A DNA stretch of 63,051 nt, counting the filler, from Asterionella formosa (lineage: Eukaryota), in assembly GCA_002256025.1 (NCBI GenBank). It is 8 parts of 8 records of this genome, joined end to end, with 100 filler letters (N's around TTAATTAATTAA, not from the genome) between each part and the next. Parts side by side here need not be neighbours in the genome. Positions count along the whole stretch, not along the records: positions 1 to 7,810 come from NKIB01012382.1; positions 7,911 to 15,719 come from NKIB01012383.1; 6 more parts are not named here. One strand, written 5' to 3'. The position numbers were made by a program, and so were the translations under genes. The notes under the pieces were generated by a model. It was given only the letters and a program-made list of their open reading frames with translations. It did no database searches and was not told the origin of the DNA. Shown piece by piece: positions 1-11,555 of this stretch. Every line of letters begins with the position of its first letter. Positions within the stretch are counted from its first letter, which is position 1.

Positions 1-2117
1 GCCTTGAGAATCTTGACTGGTCACCTTTTAAATATTTATCCCTCAAAAGTGCTTGTTTTTGGTCATCACAACGGCCATTGCAATGGCCATCACTTACCTT
101 CTCTTATCTTTGTTCCTTAATGTGATCTTGTGGATTGCTTGATCACTGCTGGTTCAAGAATTGGAACTATGAGATGATGGTTCCTCGAGGGCACTCATTC
201 CAATTTAGTTTTGAGCGATTTTAACATTGGTTGTCAAGGCAAGGCAAAGCAAACATTTTGAAATTACAAAGCAAAATGCACAGGACATTTGGTCTGAGAA
301 GGAGGAATGAACCATGACAAGTTTGATGAACCTCAAAACTGCCAAGGAAGATAGTTAATGCTAGAATATAATTAATAACATACATTAGTAAGTGGAAAGG
401 ATTAATAAGTTCTTATATATAGCAGCATTATGAATCATATGTGGTTGAGAACAAGTATGTTCATTGCTTTGGTCCATCTTTCTTTGTCTACTTCGCAACA
501 ATTATATTAACGTATGTTTGGCCGTTGGTGGAGACCATAATGCAATGCATTCAAGATTTAGTTGCCTTTCTTTTTTCCTTCCTCCAAAGATGTTTACAAA
601 CAGAAATTATAGTGGTACATCAAATATGTTGAGCCCACTCAATTTCAGAAATGAATTTGCGTGGGTAAATGTTCCTGTTTCAACAAACAATAAAGGAGGA
701 CCCACATTCCCCATAACATCAATCTTGTATCCTTGATTGATGCAAGGCATTCTCTTGTCACCACGAAAATCATTCCTCTCAATTCCAAGACTCTCTTATC
801 AATTGCATCATTTTAAATTACTTTGAAATGGATCAAATCCTTCTTGTACTTTTCGTTGAAACCTGTAGATATCTTTCTCCTTTCCTTGTTTTTTGGTTGA
901 AACTTGTAGACAGAATTCACCACAGCAAGCTTTTGGCAATTCTGACAAATCTCCTCTTCATGTTCAGACATGGGCATTGGATTTATGCTGACGGGCAAGG
1001 ATTACCTTCAGTGCCTTGCTTGTTAGTATTGTTACCATTTGTCGTGTTTCTTTCTATTCGTTCTCCCTTTGTCACTGAAAATCAATTGCAAGTTTCCAAC
1101 AAGCTCATGGAACATGGAACGAATGGTACTACCTGTCACCAAGAACATCTGAGACTCAATGAGGATGACATTGCTGGTCGATCATAGTTATAGCAAGGAG
1201 TTGATGGTGAAGATCAAACAATGACAAACAGAGGTATCATCATGGTGAGTGTAGCAATCAAGTGTGAGGCTGTGGCTCCTCAGTGTATGTGGCATGTATT
1301 TGTCAAGAGATTCATGATGGTTTATTATTAACAAGTGGTATGTTCATTCATATATTTAATGAAGAGGAAATGAACGACATCAACTTGGACGACTCTACTT
1401 TTATGTATTCAAAACAAATATTGGGTTGTGCTAAAATTTACAAATGTAGAACCAGCTACTGGTACAATGGTCCGGTGTGTACCTGATGTACTTTGGGGGG
1501 GCCACCAAGCCATAATTTGGATCGAAGTGCTGTATACTACCGGTAGGTACATGGTATGGTATGGTACCAGGTACCCTGGTACCAGGTACCAGGTACAACA
1601 GGGGCCCTATCGTGAGAGACCACGTATGTACCAGCACACCCAAGTCCTTGCCTTTTTGCTTGGTGACGCTGGTTCCTAAGATACCAGTACGATAGTTGAC
1701 AATTGCCCATTCACACATGATACTTACGTAATTTGCATCGAAGTGCATAAACACAGATTCCATCAAGACAACTACTACATATGTAAAATGCCACGAGAAA
1801 ACAGCTACCAGAAAAAAACGGCCGTTCATCCGGTATTTCCCTCAAATGATCAAACTTCACTCCAAGTTCAACATAGTAGTACTAGATATACCGTGTTAAA
1901 TTATGAAATGGGAATGAACGGAAGTTCAGACTTCGGCTGAAAAACCGGCCTACTGTCCGAACATTTCTACGAAAATCAGCGTAAGTGTCCGGTAGATGTC
2001 TGATGATTGGCAATATCGGATGCGAACAATTGATTCAAAAAACCGATATTAGATTCAGTCCTTCAAGATTGCGAAGAAAGGTTCAACCCCTAGCTTCGTC
2101 TCCAAATTCTGATGGAT

Positions 2118-2347
2118 GATGGGAACACTGAACTGCAGGCTTAAATCTGTATTAGTCTCGTAAAGACAAGGTCACATGATTCACGTCAAATTGCCCCTTT
2201 AACAAAGCGACGAGAAGATTGAGCCTCTATATTTCTCTAGAAGATGGGAACACTGAACAGCGGGCTTTAATCTGGAAAAGAAATCAAGTCAAACTCGGCA
2301 CAATTCTGTTCACAATGGCTCCTTAACAAAGCGACGAGAAGCTTGAA
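2118..2347. repeat. Degenerate ~125-bp tandem duplication upstream of the SEL1 gene
   Basis: GATGGGAACACTGAAC at ~2118 and ~2243; TTAACAAAGCGACGAGAAG at ~2199 and ~2323. Confidence 0.75.
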
Positions 2348-2530
2348 TGAGAAGAGTGGGCACAAATGCGAAGATTCTCGACCCCATTTTCAAATTTAGT
2401 TGCTGTTCATGAGCTCATAAATTCAATTTGCAGTGAAATTTCATTAGTATCACATCACACATCCTTAACGATTTATTCAAAGTAAAAAGAGACTGCGTTA
2501 GCATTGACAGTCAACCTTTCTCACTCAATC

Positions 2531-4072
2531 ATGACGCTCCTTGAAGATATGATTATGCCTGATGCAGCCAATGGCTCACATATTGATGAAGATGGGCTGC
2601 CGAAGGTTAAAGTTAATACTCACACTTTCCCGAACTTTGTTGCATGGCCCTTTGATGGAAGCCATCACAGGGGTTGGCATCCTGACCCAGAGAGGAGAAA
2701 CATCTGGGCTTATGTTATCAATGAGAAGCATCCCTGCTGCGATCCACCTAAAACAGATATTCACAGACTATTTCAGGATGCAAACATAGAGAAGAGTAAG
2801 TACACTGATTCTGCGTTAGATCTCGCTTTGAGATTATTTCAAGAAGCTATGGATAAGCCAGTTTCGGCTCGTTTCATTCACGAGGACAATATGCTTCGGT
2901 CATTTTCCATGACCAATGTGGGCATACTTCTCGCAGTAAGAATCCCGCCCAAAGCGCAAACTTATACGCCGACAAGAAAGTGCTTCCAGTACTTTTTCCA
3001 TTTCTCGCTATCCTTGCTATGCTTGCTGCTTCCTGGCGCAATGCCGCTGCCACCGCCAGGGCTACCACCACCAGCGAGTGTGTTGAATAGGGACAACTAC
3101 ATAAGAAGTGAACGCGAAGCTGTCTTGCTTTTTAAAATTGGCGCCTTGGGCTACAAGCTTCCTCAATGCAAGTACCTGTATGGACATGCACTCATACACG
3201 GTACAGGAGGCATTAAGAAGGATATTCCAAAAGGCATGGCGTTCCTCCATGATGCAGGGAGTGTCCTTATTGCTGAAGCTCTTTTCGAATTAGGATCCAT
3301 TTATGAGCGTGGCTGTATGGAAAACTTGAAAGAAGGCATAACCAAAGACTATGCGATGGCACTTGACTTCTATGAAGCAGCAAGACAAGCTTCTACAGAT
3401 ACTGATCAAAAATTACGTGAAAATGCTTGGACTCCCCAAATATTATTGACAAAGCGTCTACTTCGGATCGACAATATTCATCTGCAAGAGGATACAGTAC
3501 AGAATGCTGCAGGGTTGCAGTTTGCCTGGACCATTCTTGGTCATTCATTCCTATTTAGTGCCACGGCATCGCTTGCAAGCACTGTCCAACCTAACCATTA
3601 TGCACCATTACTGATTCTTATTCCAATCCTGGGTATCCTTTTGGCTGGTTACTCAATAGACCATACCTTTGATACATACAGATTCATGCAAAGAAACCAA
3701 GAACTTGTTCAAGGTATGCTGTGCTCAAAGTATGCAGCATACAAGGCAATTATCAATAATATTGTCATTTCCTTGAACCTACCCAAGGAGGATGCCCCAA
3801 CAAATCCAATCTATTGTTTGGCAATTGAGGAGCAAGATGAAGTTGCGAAACAGGAAAAATGCATAAATGAAAGATTTCGCCGCCATGGAAAGTTAGGAAG
3901 GTCACTTATATTAATTTCTGGATTGTTCTATCTCATCTGGCTCATTCTTCTTATCTTTGAGGTTAAATCCAAAATGTCAGGGTGCAGCTATTGGAATAAA
4001 TCACCTTGCATGTTATGCAATGCTGATTCTAAGGCTGACCATGAAAATTTCCTGTGCATGGCTGCAGGATAA
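2531..4072 (+). CDS. SEL1-like repeat protein with C-terminal 3-TM module
   Basis: Intact single-exon ORF (first ATG 2531, TAA 4070-4072). Two SEL1-like repeats (CKYLYGHALIHGTGGIKKDIPKGMAFLHDA; ALFELGSIYERG...GITKDYAMALDFYEAA). Hydrophobic helices follow (FAWTILGHSFLFSATASL, LLILIPILGILLAGYSI, LILISGLFYLIWLILLIF), then a Cys-rich tail. Confidence 0.8.
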   Translation: MTLLEDMIMPDAANGSHIDEDGLPKVKVNTHTFPNFVAWPFDGSHHRGWHPDPERRNIWAYVINEKHPCCDPPKTDIHRLFQDANIEKSKYTDSALDLALRLFQEAMDKPVSARFIHEDNMLRSFSMTNVGILLAVRIPPKAQTYTPTRKCFQYFFHFSLSLLCLLLPGAMPLPPPGLPPPASVLNRDNYIRSEREAVLLFKIGALGYKLPQCKYLYGHALIHGTGGIKKDIPKGMAFLHDAGSVLIAEALFELGSIYERGCMENLKEGITKDYAMALDFYEAARQASTDTDQKLRENAWTPQILLTKRLLRIDNIHLQEDTVQNAAGLQFAWTILGHSFLFSATASLASTVQPNHYAPLLILIPILGILLAGYSIDHTFDTYRFMQRNQELVQGMLCSKYAAYKAIINNIVISLNLPKEDAPTNPIYCLAIEEQDEVAKQEKCINERFRRHGKLGRSLILISGLFYLIWLILLIFEVKSKMSGCSYWNKSPCMLCNADSKADHENFLCMAAG

Positions 4073-4987
4073 TGTGTCAGTCTCTGCTTTGTTTCCATTT
4101 CCATTCTTGTCACCTTCACTTCCTTGACTTCCTTGTAAGATTCATGATTCAAAACTGATACATCCTACCTAGATGGTTTCCTGTCACTCTCCCTACTTCT
4201 AAATGATACACACAATTTAATCAATTATCCCACAAGCTTCCTGAGCATGCACATACATGAGAAGGAAAATTAGCCAATACCAACTCCAGTTCATGGCTTT
4301 TCTTCCTATTCTCGATATATTCATTTTACATAGGCTGATATAGCACTTAATAACTAATAATACATATATTTCTATATGATTCACTCTTATGTGGAATTGC
4401 TGGCTTTACAGCATTGCGCACATGGTGGGCCAAAAGGAAGGAAGGACACATGGTTGTCCTTCGACTGGCCATTTTTTGCTAACATATATACCTATCCTAG
4501 ATTACCAGCACATACCATAACCATGGCAAATATGGTGTAACAAACAAATTGTAATATAATGAAGGAAAAACAGCTACCCAAAAATTTCTAGATCCATAAT
4601 TATTAACAACTTACAGGCCATTCAGCTGACCACAGAATTTGCACCACATCACCATTCAGGTGGTCTGACGTGACCACACATGTGAACGGAATATTATTGG
4701 TTGCACTTAGATAAACATCAGTCATGATAAAGGATAAGATTTACAAATTATCCTGTCTTATCCAGTACTTTCAAGGACTGTCTTGCAACAGTTGTGATGT
4801 TCTCTGGGTAGATGCACTGCCTGATTGCTTTCCCTTTAATATGATCGACAAAAGCTGGTGCCTTCATTATAGACATAGACTAGCATTAATGTATATAAAT
4901 ACAACTGAGTATAATTGTATACATACATGGATACCGAACACATGTGATGGCACAGGATCCAATTCTTTTATTTTTTGTAGGGGCATC

Positions 4988-5240
4988 AATCTTAACAAAG
5001 ATTCAAATAATTTTTTATTATATCTTCAAAAAATTTATAGAGATACATTTCACAAATATATCTCAGTAAGCAATAGCATAACAGTTAGCCCTTTTTTGGG
5101 TATCCACACATGTAGGGGGGGGACAATCTTAACAGAGATGCATATAATTTTTTATTGAATCTTCAGAAAAAATGAATCTTTACAGAGATACATTTCACAA
5201 ACATATCTCAGTAACGGCAAAACAGTTAGCCATTTTTTCG
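4988..5240. repeat. Degenerate ~140-bp tandem duplication
   Basis: AATCTTAACA(A/G)AGAT... at ~4988 and ~5126; AGAGATACATTTCACAAA(T/C)ATATCTCAGTAA at ~5039 and ~5184. Confidence 0.7.
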
Positions 5241-5479
5241 TGTCGCCGCAAACATGTGCATCAGACTCAGCAAAAATAATAGCTCTGTGCATTTCAATTA
5301 TACAACTTGTCTGACCATCATCATTACTCAAACAACAATGTTAAATCGACCATTTAGAACAAGAAATACAAGCGGAACAACAGAGCTTTCTGTTACTTGC
5401 AGCATTTGCATTATCATTTTTGGAGTCTTATGGACAAAACTCGAAGCCAGGAGTCTAATCAGAAAAATGGGAGCATCAA

Positions 5480-5890
5480 CAACTTGACTGGAATGATCAT
5501 GTCACAAAGCTTCTCCATGATAAATGGTTTCATTTTGAATATTGGATGTCGCTTCTAGCTTTCAATCACTTACTGCAACTATTTTGACCTTCCATCACAG
5601 TTGATGGTGTCAAATCAAACAAAGCAAGTTCCGGTTTATACAGCACAAATACGCATATTTATCCCAAGTTTATCCTTGCAATTGGCCTTTGCTAGATTGC
5701 AGGCGAAAGCCTCATAGACATTTGTCCTGCCTACTGAGTTTCTTATCCATCTGTTTTTGCAATCACTAAAACATTCCTTGATGCATTGAACTCCAGGACA
5801 GCATTATCAATTCAATTCCTTCTAACAAACAAAGAGAAAAAGCTGTGATGAATGGATTTCTTTAAAAAGCAAGCAGCAGCTGCTTCGTGG
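5480..5890 (+). pseudogene. Decayed PIF/Harbinger (DDE_Tnp_4-type) transposase N-terminal fragment
   Basis: Manual translation gives LDWNDHVTKLLHDKWFHFEYWMSLLAFNHLL and, in a shifted frame, YPKFILAIGLC*IAGESLIDICPAY*VSYPSVF. This matches the F..xRMS..F..L and LRWLAGGSYxDI motifs of Harbinger transposases; stops and frameshifts present. Confidence 0.65.
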
Positions 5891-6529
5891 ATGCATTCAT
5901 CTGCGAATAAAAAGTTTCATGCGTATAGGATCAAGGGTATTGTACGCTAAGTGGCACAGGATTTTCATATCTATGATAATTTTTGGATCAAAATTATGAT
6001 CAAGTTATCCTGTAACTATGATGATTTATTTATTTTTTAGCGACCTTGAAGAAAAATGATAAGAAAATTATCATCACACCACAATGTATATCAACTGATA
6101 AACAACATTTCTCATCAATATCATAAATCTTCTCATTTTATTTTCACTTCTTGTGATTGCCAAATATAAATTGTTACTACAATGCATGATCCTAAAATCA
6201 GCTAAACTCTATGCTATCATTTGAATTGTTTTATCGTATATCTATCCTAAAAATGATCATAATTCTAATCACAAGCATTGTTCAAAATAGATTGAAATGG
6301 ATCATAATTTAACTATCAAATTTAGCAATGCTATCTATGATTCTACAGGCTAGCTACTCAATGTTTCTCTCTCCACTCGTCTAAATTTTTATTGTTCTTC
6401 CTGTCCCGCCCCTTTCTTCCTCTATTCTGAATCTTGTGCCATGCAGTGCTTAATGTCTAGTCTCTTTCCCTGCTATTAGTGTCATTCTAAACTCGCCGAC
6501 TATTCTGTTGTTTGATTGGTTTGATTGGT

Positions 6530-6940
6530 TTTATTGGTTTTATTGTCCTATGCACTAACAGTAACAATGAGTTTAATGACTTGTTAGCTAGTCATGTTAC
6601 ACTGACACAACACCACGCAATTCCATCATAGTACCATCTTGCTTCACTTACCACAAATCAAAGCAACTGATGTATATGTCTGTAATGGTAAATCGTCTGT
6701 CAATCCTTGAATAAGTAAATATCAGGTATCCAATGTTGTCAAATAAAACTTACCGATTCATTTTCGTTGTTAGCTTAACTTTGAAAGAAGGAAAACTGTT
6801 TCTGAAATTTTGTTTGCATAAATATTTTCTACATCCGTTGGAATTAAATTTTTAGACCATTCAATTGGTGGAAGTCACAAACCATTTGTATCATTATTTA
6901 TGCGCAAGGATTTTGGTAGCTGATTATTTAAACCACTTAT
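6530..6940. repeat. Dispersed repeat; internally deleted copy of the element at 20240-21235
   Basis: ATTGGTTTTATTGTCCTATGCA...TTGTTAGCTAGTCATGTTAC matches 20244 onward; TTCTGAAATTT(T)GTTTGCAT...TTAGACC.TTCAATTG at ~6800 matches 21121. Confidence 0.7.
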
Positions 6941-6944
6941 TTGG

Positions 6945-7265
6945 CAGGGAGTTGACGGAAACTCCGAAGTACAAAAAAGTCATGTACAAAAACGACCTCA
7001 CATCACATCGCAAAAGTTCGCAAAAGACCGCAGAAAAACATCCTATATCCGGGTTTTCCCGTTATTTTGTGGCATTTTGCGAACTTTTGCTGTCTTTTGA
7101 GAACTTCGCATTCTTTTGCGGTCTTTTCGTTCAATCTCCTTCAGTGTGTTAAATATTTGTCATTAATATCCACTGGTCAAATGGATTATGACTGCTTTTT
7201 TGAAACCAAGAACGATGCATTCTTGAGCATGGTGTGACAACGAGTATCAAAAATAAAATGTACCT
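6945..7265 (+). repeat. Dispersed repeat family starting GGGAGTTGACGG (other copies 52061-52250 and, reversed, 58388-58749)
   Basis: Direct alignment by eye, e.g. AAATATTTGTCATTAATATCCACTGGTCAAATGGATTATGACTGC is the reverse complement of 58449-58493; internal CGCAAAAG/CTTTTGCG inverted motifs. Confidence 0.75.
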
Positions 7266-7810
7266 TGTAGTAGCGATTCTTTGCCTAATGGATGCGGTTG
7301 ATTGTTGGATTGCTTGTCTTCTCGAGGCATTCATTTAGTCGCATCATCCATATTTCGTCGTAGGAATGATGATATCAATACATCTGATGTTGTGTCAAGA
7401 ATATTAGCCCAAGTCAAAAGGATTGTGGACTCAATTGTAATCGAACGAGTCGAATATTGCATTGCCACGTCAATCAGCTGTCTAACGAGATCAGAGATTG
7501 AAGATTTCTATGGAAATGTTAAGTGGAAACTCGAAGAGAGTCTTAGAATGACTTTGCAGGAAGCAAAGATGCATGGAAAGGAAACAGTTAGTTTAGCTTA
7601 TAATTTAATTTGAGTTTTAGATTATCAACCGAGGAAACAGTGTGTTAATTGACAGGAAGGTCAATTATTCTATCTAGCAGGAAGGCTAGAAGCAGAGACA
7701 AGAGAGAAAGTGAGTGGTACTAGGTAGTACTACGATCACGTAAGAGTCTACGTGAAGAGAGACCCAGCCTGCGGAAAGGAGTACAGACCATTTCAACACG
7801 CTTTAAAGCG

Positions 7811-7910
7811 NNNNNNNNNNNNNNNNNNNNNNNNNNNNNNNNNNNNNNNNNNNNTTAATTAATTAANNNNNNNNNNNNNNNNNNNNNNNNNNNNNNNNNN
7901 NNNNNNNNNN
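7811..7910. other. Artificial contig spacer (N44-TTAATTAATTAA-N44); also at 15720, 23615, 31518, 39412, 47304, 55182
   Basis: Seven identical 100-nt spacers containing a six-frame stop linker; the flanking contigs are all ~7.8 kb. Confidence 0.97.
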
Positions 7911-8124
7911 TGTATATAGGGTTAGTGTTATATCATATATGTATAAGAACTCAATAATGAGAGAACTCGACTAACCCTCATTGTATACTTTGGTGTCGAC
8001 TTGGAGAACGAGTTACACACAAGGATTAACAAATAAGCTCATATGTTCAACAAATACTACTACTTCTAGTTAGATACTTCACTCCGTACCAGGTATCGGT
8101 ACCGGTACCGCACACCGGTATACC

Positions 8125-8347
8125 GTGTGATGAGCAATGTTATTGCCCATGGATGTTTAATGCCTGATCAGAGCTCAAACTCGATTCGACGAAATTGTAG
8201 TCGCGCGTACCTTTCAAGAAGTATGCGAACTTCGCAGAAGAACGCGCGACTAGAATTTTGCAAGATTTTTGAGAAAAAATGCGAGGTCTGTGCACGATAC
8301 ACAAAAGGAATTTTTCACGTAGCGAGGAAGTAGGGAGTTTCCCGTAC
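8125..8347 (+). repeat. Dispersed ~230-bp repeat (reverse copy at ~56947-57172)
   Basis: CAGAGCTCAAACTCGATTCGACGAAAT...CGATACACAAAAGGAATTT matches the reverse complement of the 56947-57172 copy; both copies abut GGTACC-rich islands. Confidence 0.8.
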
Positions 8348-8566
8348 GGTATTTTGGTACGATAAGTAGAAAATGATTGATTATTACAATCAGCAAAAGA
8401 ATTATTTGGACAAAACATTTTAAATATGATCTTATTTAGGGTGAAAAAGTCCAATTAATATCGGTATTCAAATGATCAAAATGTTGATAAAAATTTCTTT
8501 GGCCAAGTGGCGACGGGTTTTAATGTCACAACTTCAATTGGCTTTTGGTTGATATATGGTACCAGG

Positions 8567-10589
8567 GTAACTAAATTTTTAAGTACGCGTTATTGAGCCT
8601 CAACTTTAGTGTGGAGTTCGTTGGGTCGCACATGACCTATGTACGACGCTAGATATCATTAGATGGTATAAGTCCTATATAACGTTAACCTTATAGGCTC
8701 TTCTATACAGACCATATCCTTGTTTACTCTCACTGTAAAGATTTACACAATACACACTGTGTATGTATACCACGTCAACCATAAGTGAAAGGTGCCTGCA
8801 CATGACTACCTGGTACCATGGAACCCATACGTAGTACATACATATACATGTACACGAGAGTGATCATGCATGATTAGTACGTGATGCTATACACACGGTT
8901 ACTAGTATGTAGCTCGTAGCACATATTGCATTATGTACCCGAAGCTAAATGTTACGTGATAACTATTGGTACAGATGTATCTCTAGAATAGACGTACCAA
9001 TGCTAGGCTAAAATATGACACCTAGCATGGACTCTTGACACCTAGTACATGCCCTTCTCATCAAGACTGTGGATCCCCTTGGACTAGGAACTTATATAGA
9101 TACACTAATCATTAAGCTCATAATTACCCAGAACCTACTTGTTAAATCCTGACAACTGTAGGGCAGCACTGGGGCGCAAAGCGCCCGGTTCGATTAGATG
9201 GACATGGACTTAGACAGGTGAAGAGGGACAATGAGGGGTTGTGCAACGGATAAGAAATTTTCGGATTGTGCCCTGATGGCGTTTGTCTTGTCGAATTTGG
9301 GATGTGAGGCATAGTTGACCTGCTAGATAGATTGCCAGCAAGGCCGTCATTGCCAACGGGGAATGAAGTAAGCGTTGAGAGAGAGGAAGGCCAAATAGAT
9401 GACCACGTTAATCAGCTGGGTGCACTAGTGGCAAGGAGAGTGGCTCCATAGACGAAATCATTGCGATATTCCACTGTTCCATGGCATAGGCGCATAAGGA
9501 GTTGAATAGTTGACTTGTCCAATGAGAGGATTCATAGGGTTGGTCGGGATGCCTGATGGAGTGATAGGTTGTCATGGCATGAGCCCAAGAAACTGATAAA
9601 TTTCCCCTTAGGAGGTGTTTCCACCCTATAGCTGTTTGTTGGACATCTGCCTGATAGGTAATCCAAAGAAGAGGGTCATTTGGAGAGGGGTCTGGAAGAG
9701 GCCAAAGTGGGGGAATGTCGCCATTTTCCCACAATTGGAGACCATGGGTGAGGGCAAGGAAAATATGGGGAGGAGTGCTAAGTTTGGATTTCAGATGGTC
9801 AGAGAGTGTGGTCCACTTTGTATCCCGAAAGTGGCAAGAAGCTGAGCAGGTGAGGACATGATCGTGGTCCTCAACGGCATTGGAGCAGCGTGGGCATAAG
9901 GAAGTTGGGGCTTTGCCATGGTGGCGATGTAAGATTTTGTTGGTGGGCCATTGTCCATTTATTAACTTAAACATTGCTAATTTGCGTCCATATGAGAAGT
10001 ATTTATTTGCGCTGGTGGAAGACGTCCAGTCAATAGAGTCAGAGATTGACTGCATCCATCTATGTCGTGTTTGGAAGTATGTGAATTGTTTGGGCTTATA
10101 GTACGCTTTCAGAGTTGTAGGGATCATCTGAGAGGTAACTTGAGATCCCTGAAAAAGGAGGGTGGCGGGGACTTGAGGGGAACAAAGCGGAGTAATGGCG
10201 GAGCGCTGGGGGCAGTAGAGATAGGCTAAATGAGTGATTCCATCGACTTGGATATTAAGTTTTGCAGGCAGAGTTAAGGCTTCATAGGGTTTGCTGTCAT
10301 CTTGATGGCTTTTGATGTGAACCGCCTGGAGATCAACCGGGATATATGCAAGGACCTTCTTGACTCAGTGGATAAGGTCCCAGTCTGGGTGGAGACTGTG
10401 GCGAATTGAGTGTTGATGGTGGTGAGACAGAGGGCCTGGTTGTCGATGTGAGCTCCAGTGGTGAAAGGAGTAAGTGTATCTAGAAGATCGTGGTATGTAA
10501 GAAGAGCCCGAAGAGCAAGAACAGCACCAAGATAGCCGCAGCACTTCTCTGTCTGGAAGGAGAAAAGGGGAGTGGTGGTAAAGGTGGTG
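8567..10589 (-). mobile_element. 5'-truncated non-LTR retrotransposon (RNase H/CCHC-bearing, Ambal-like), copy 1
   Basis: Closely similar to 21288-22820; CPRCSNAVEDHDHVLTC zinc knuckle and the C-terminal half of RNase H, with frameshifts; interrupted by a solo LTR at 8633-9165. Confidence 0.85.
8633..9165. mobile_element. Solo LTR (533 bp) inserted in the LINE 3' UTR
   Basis: TGACCTA...TAGGGCA ends (TG..CA, near-inverted), flanked by GCACA/GCACT; the empty site GGGTCGCACCGGGGC is visible in the sister copy at 21346-21360. Confidence 0.8.
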
Positions 10590-11555
10590 AAGGAATACGA
10601 TTTTTGCAAAAAAGTGTCTGAAGATGCATAAACCGTCAGTCGGGGGAATTTGTGTTTACATTTTAGCATCGAACTTTTTAGTCGCCTAAAGAACAAGGAG
10701 TGTATTGTTTAATGATTGTATCTATTTCTATAATATACAACAAAATGACCTAATTCAGATTCCACAAAATTATGCCACACGACATGAAGTACCACCTGGT
10801 ACATACATGAAAGTCAGTACAAAAAAGTGGTTGAGGTATTTCTTGCATTTTGAGCTGTTGCACCCTTTCCGAGATTTGATTTTCTCAATGTTTCTCATCA
10901 ATTTGTACAGTAGATCGAAATAACTATCTATCATAAGTTATCAAGCTAGTTACTATGGACTCAATGATGTCTCTACTTTGGTTGTAGCTCCAAAATTGAG
11001 CAAACAACGACGAAAACAATTTCCAGCTGCAATTTCAAGTTTCCGTGGTCAAAATTAGAGCAAAGTTTTTCATCATTGAACGATTAACTCGTCTATGTCA
11101 GGCTTTATATTGTTACGAAATAGGAATGGTCGATTGTCAGTTTTCGTGGAGATATTGAGTCCGATCAGTTCGTCATGGTCTAGACGAAGATGGTGAATCT
11201 ACAGCAGTACAAAATCAAGTTTACTTAGGTGTGATTACCACATACTTAGATATATGTACCCGAATATAAACCTCACATGCATTATTTTAATTTGGTGTAT
11301 TTATAGTCCTTAATTCATATTCATGCCTGTATGTAATAGTGATGTTAAGATTGTCGCTACCTAAGAGTACCTGTTAACCTGGTACCAGGTACCAGTTCCA
11401 CCTGACGAATGAAGTACAGGTATATACACACACATAAGATGGCAAACTTGTGTACAGCCAGGTGTTAAACTTACCGTTACGCTGCCAGTCCGAGCCATAC
11501 TAATGGTGATCTAATGATTCTAAACTGCCCTGGTTCTGGTATATAGTACATGGTA

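Noticed and set aside
7640..8052. A single LTR element spanning the first gap (TG...CA)
   Set aside because: The two halves are on unlinked contigs and there is no matching TSD; each may separately be an LTR fragment.
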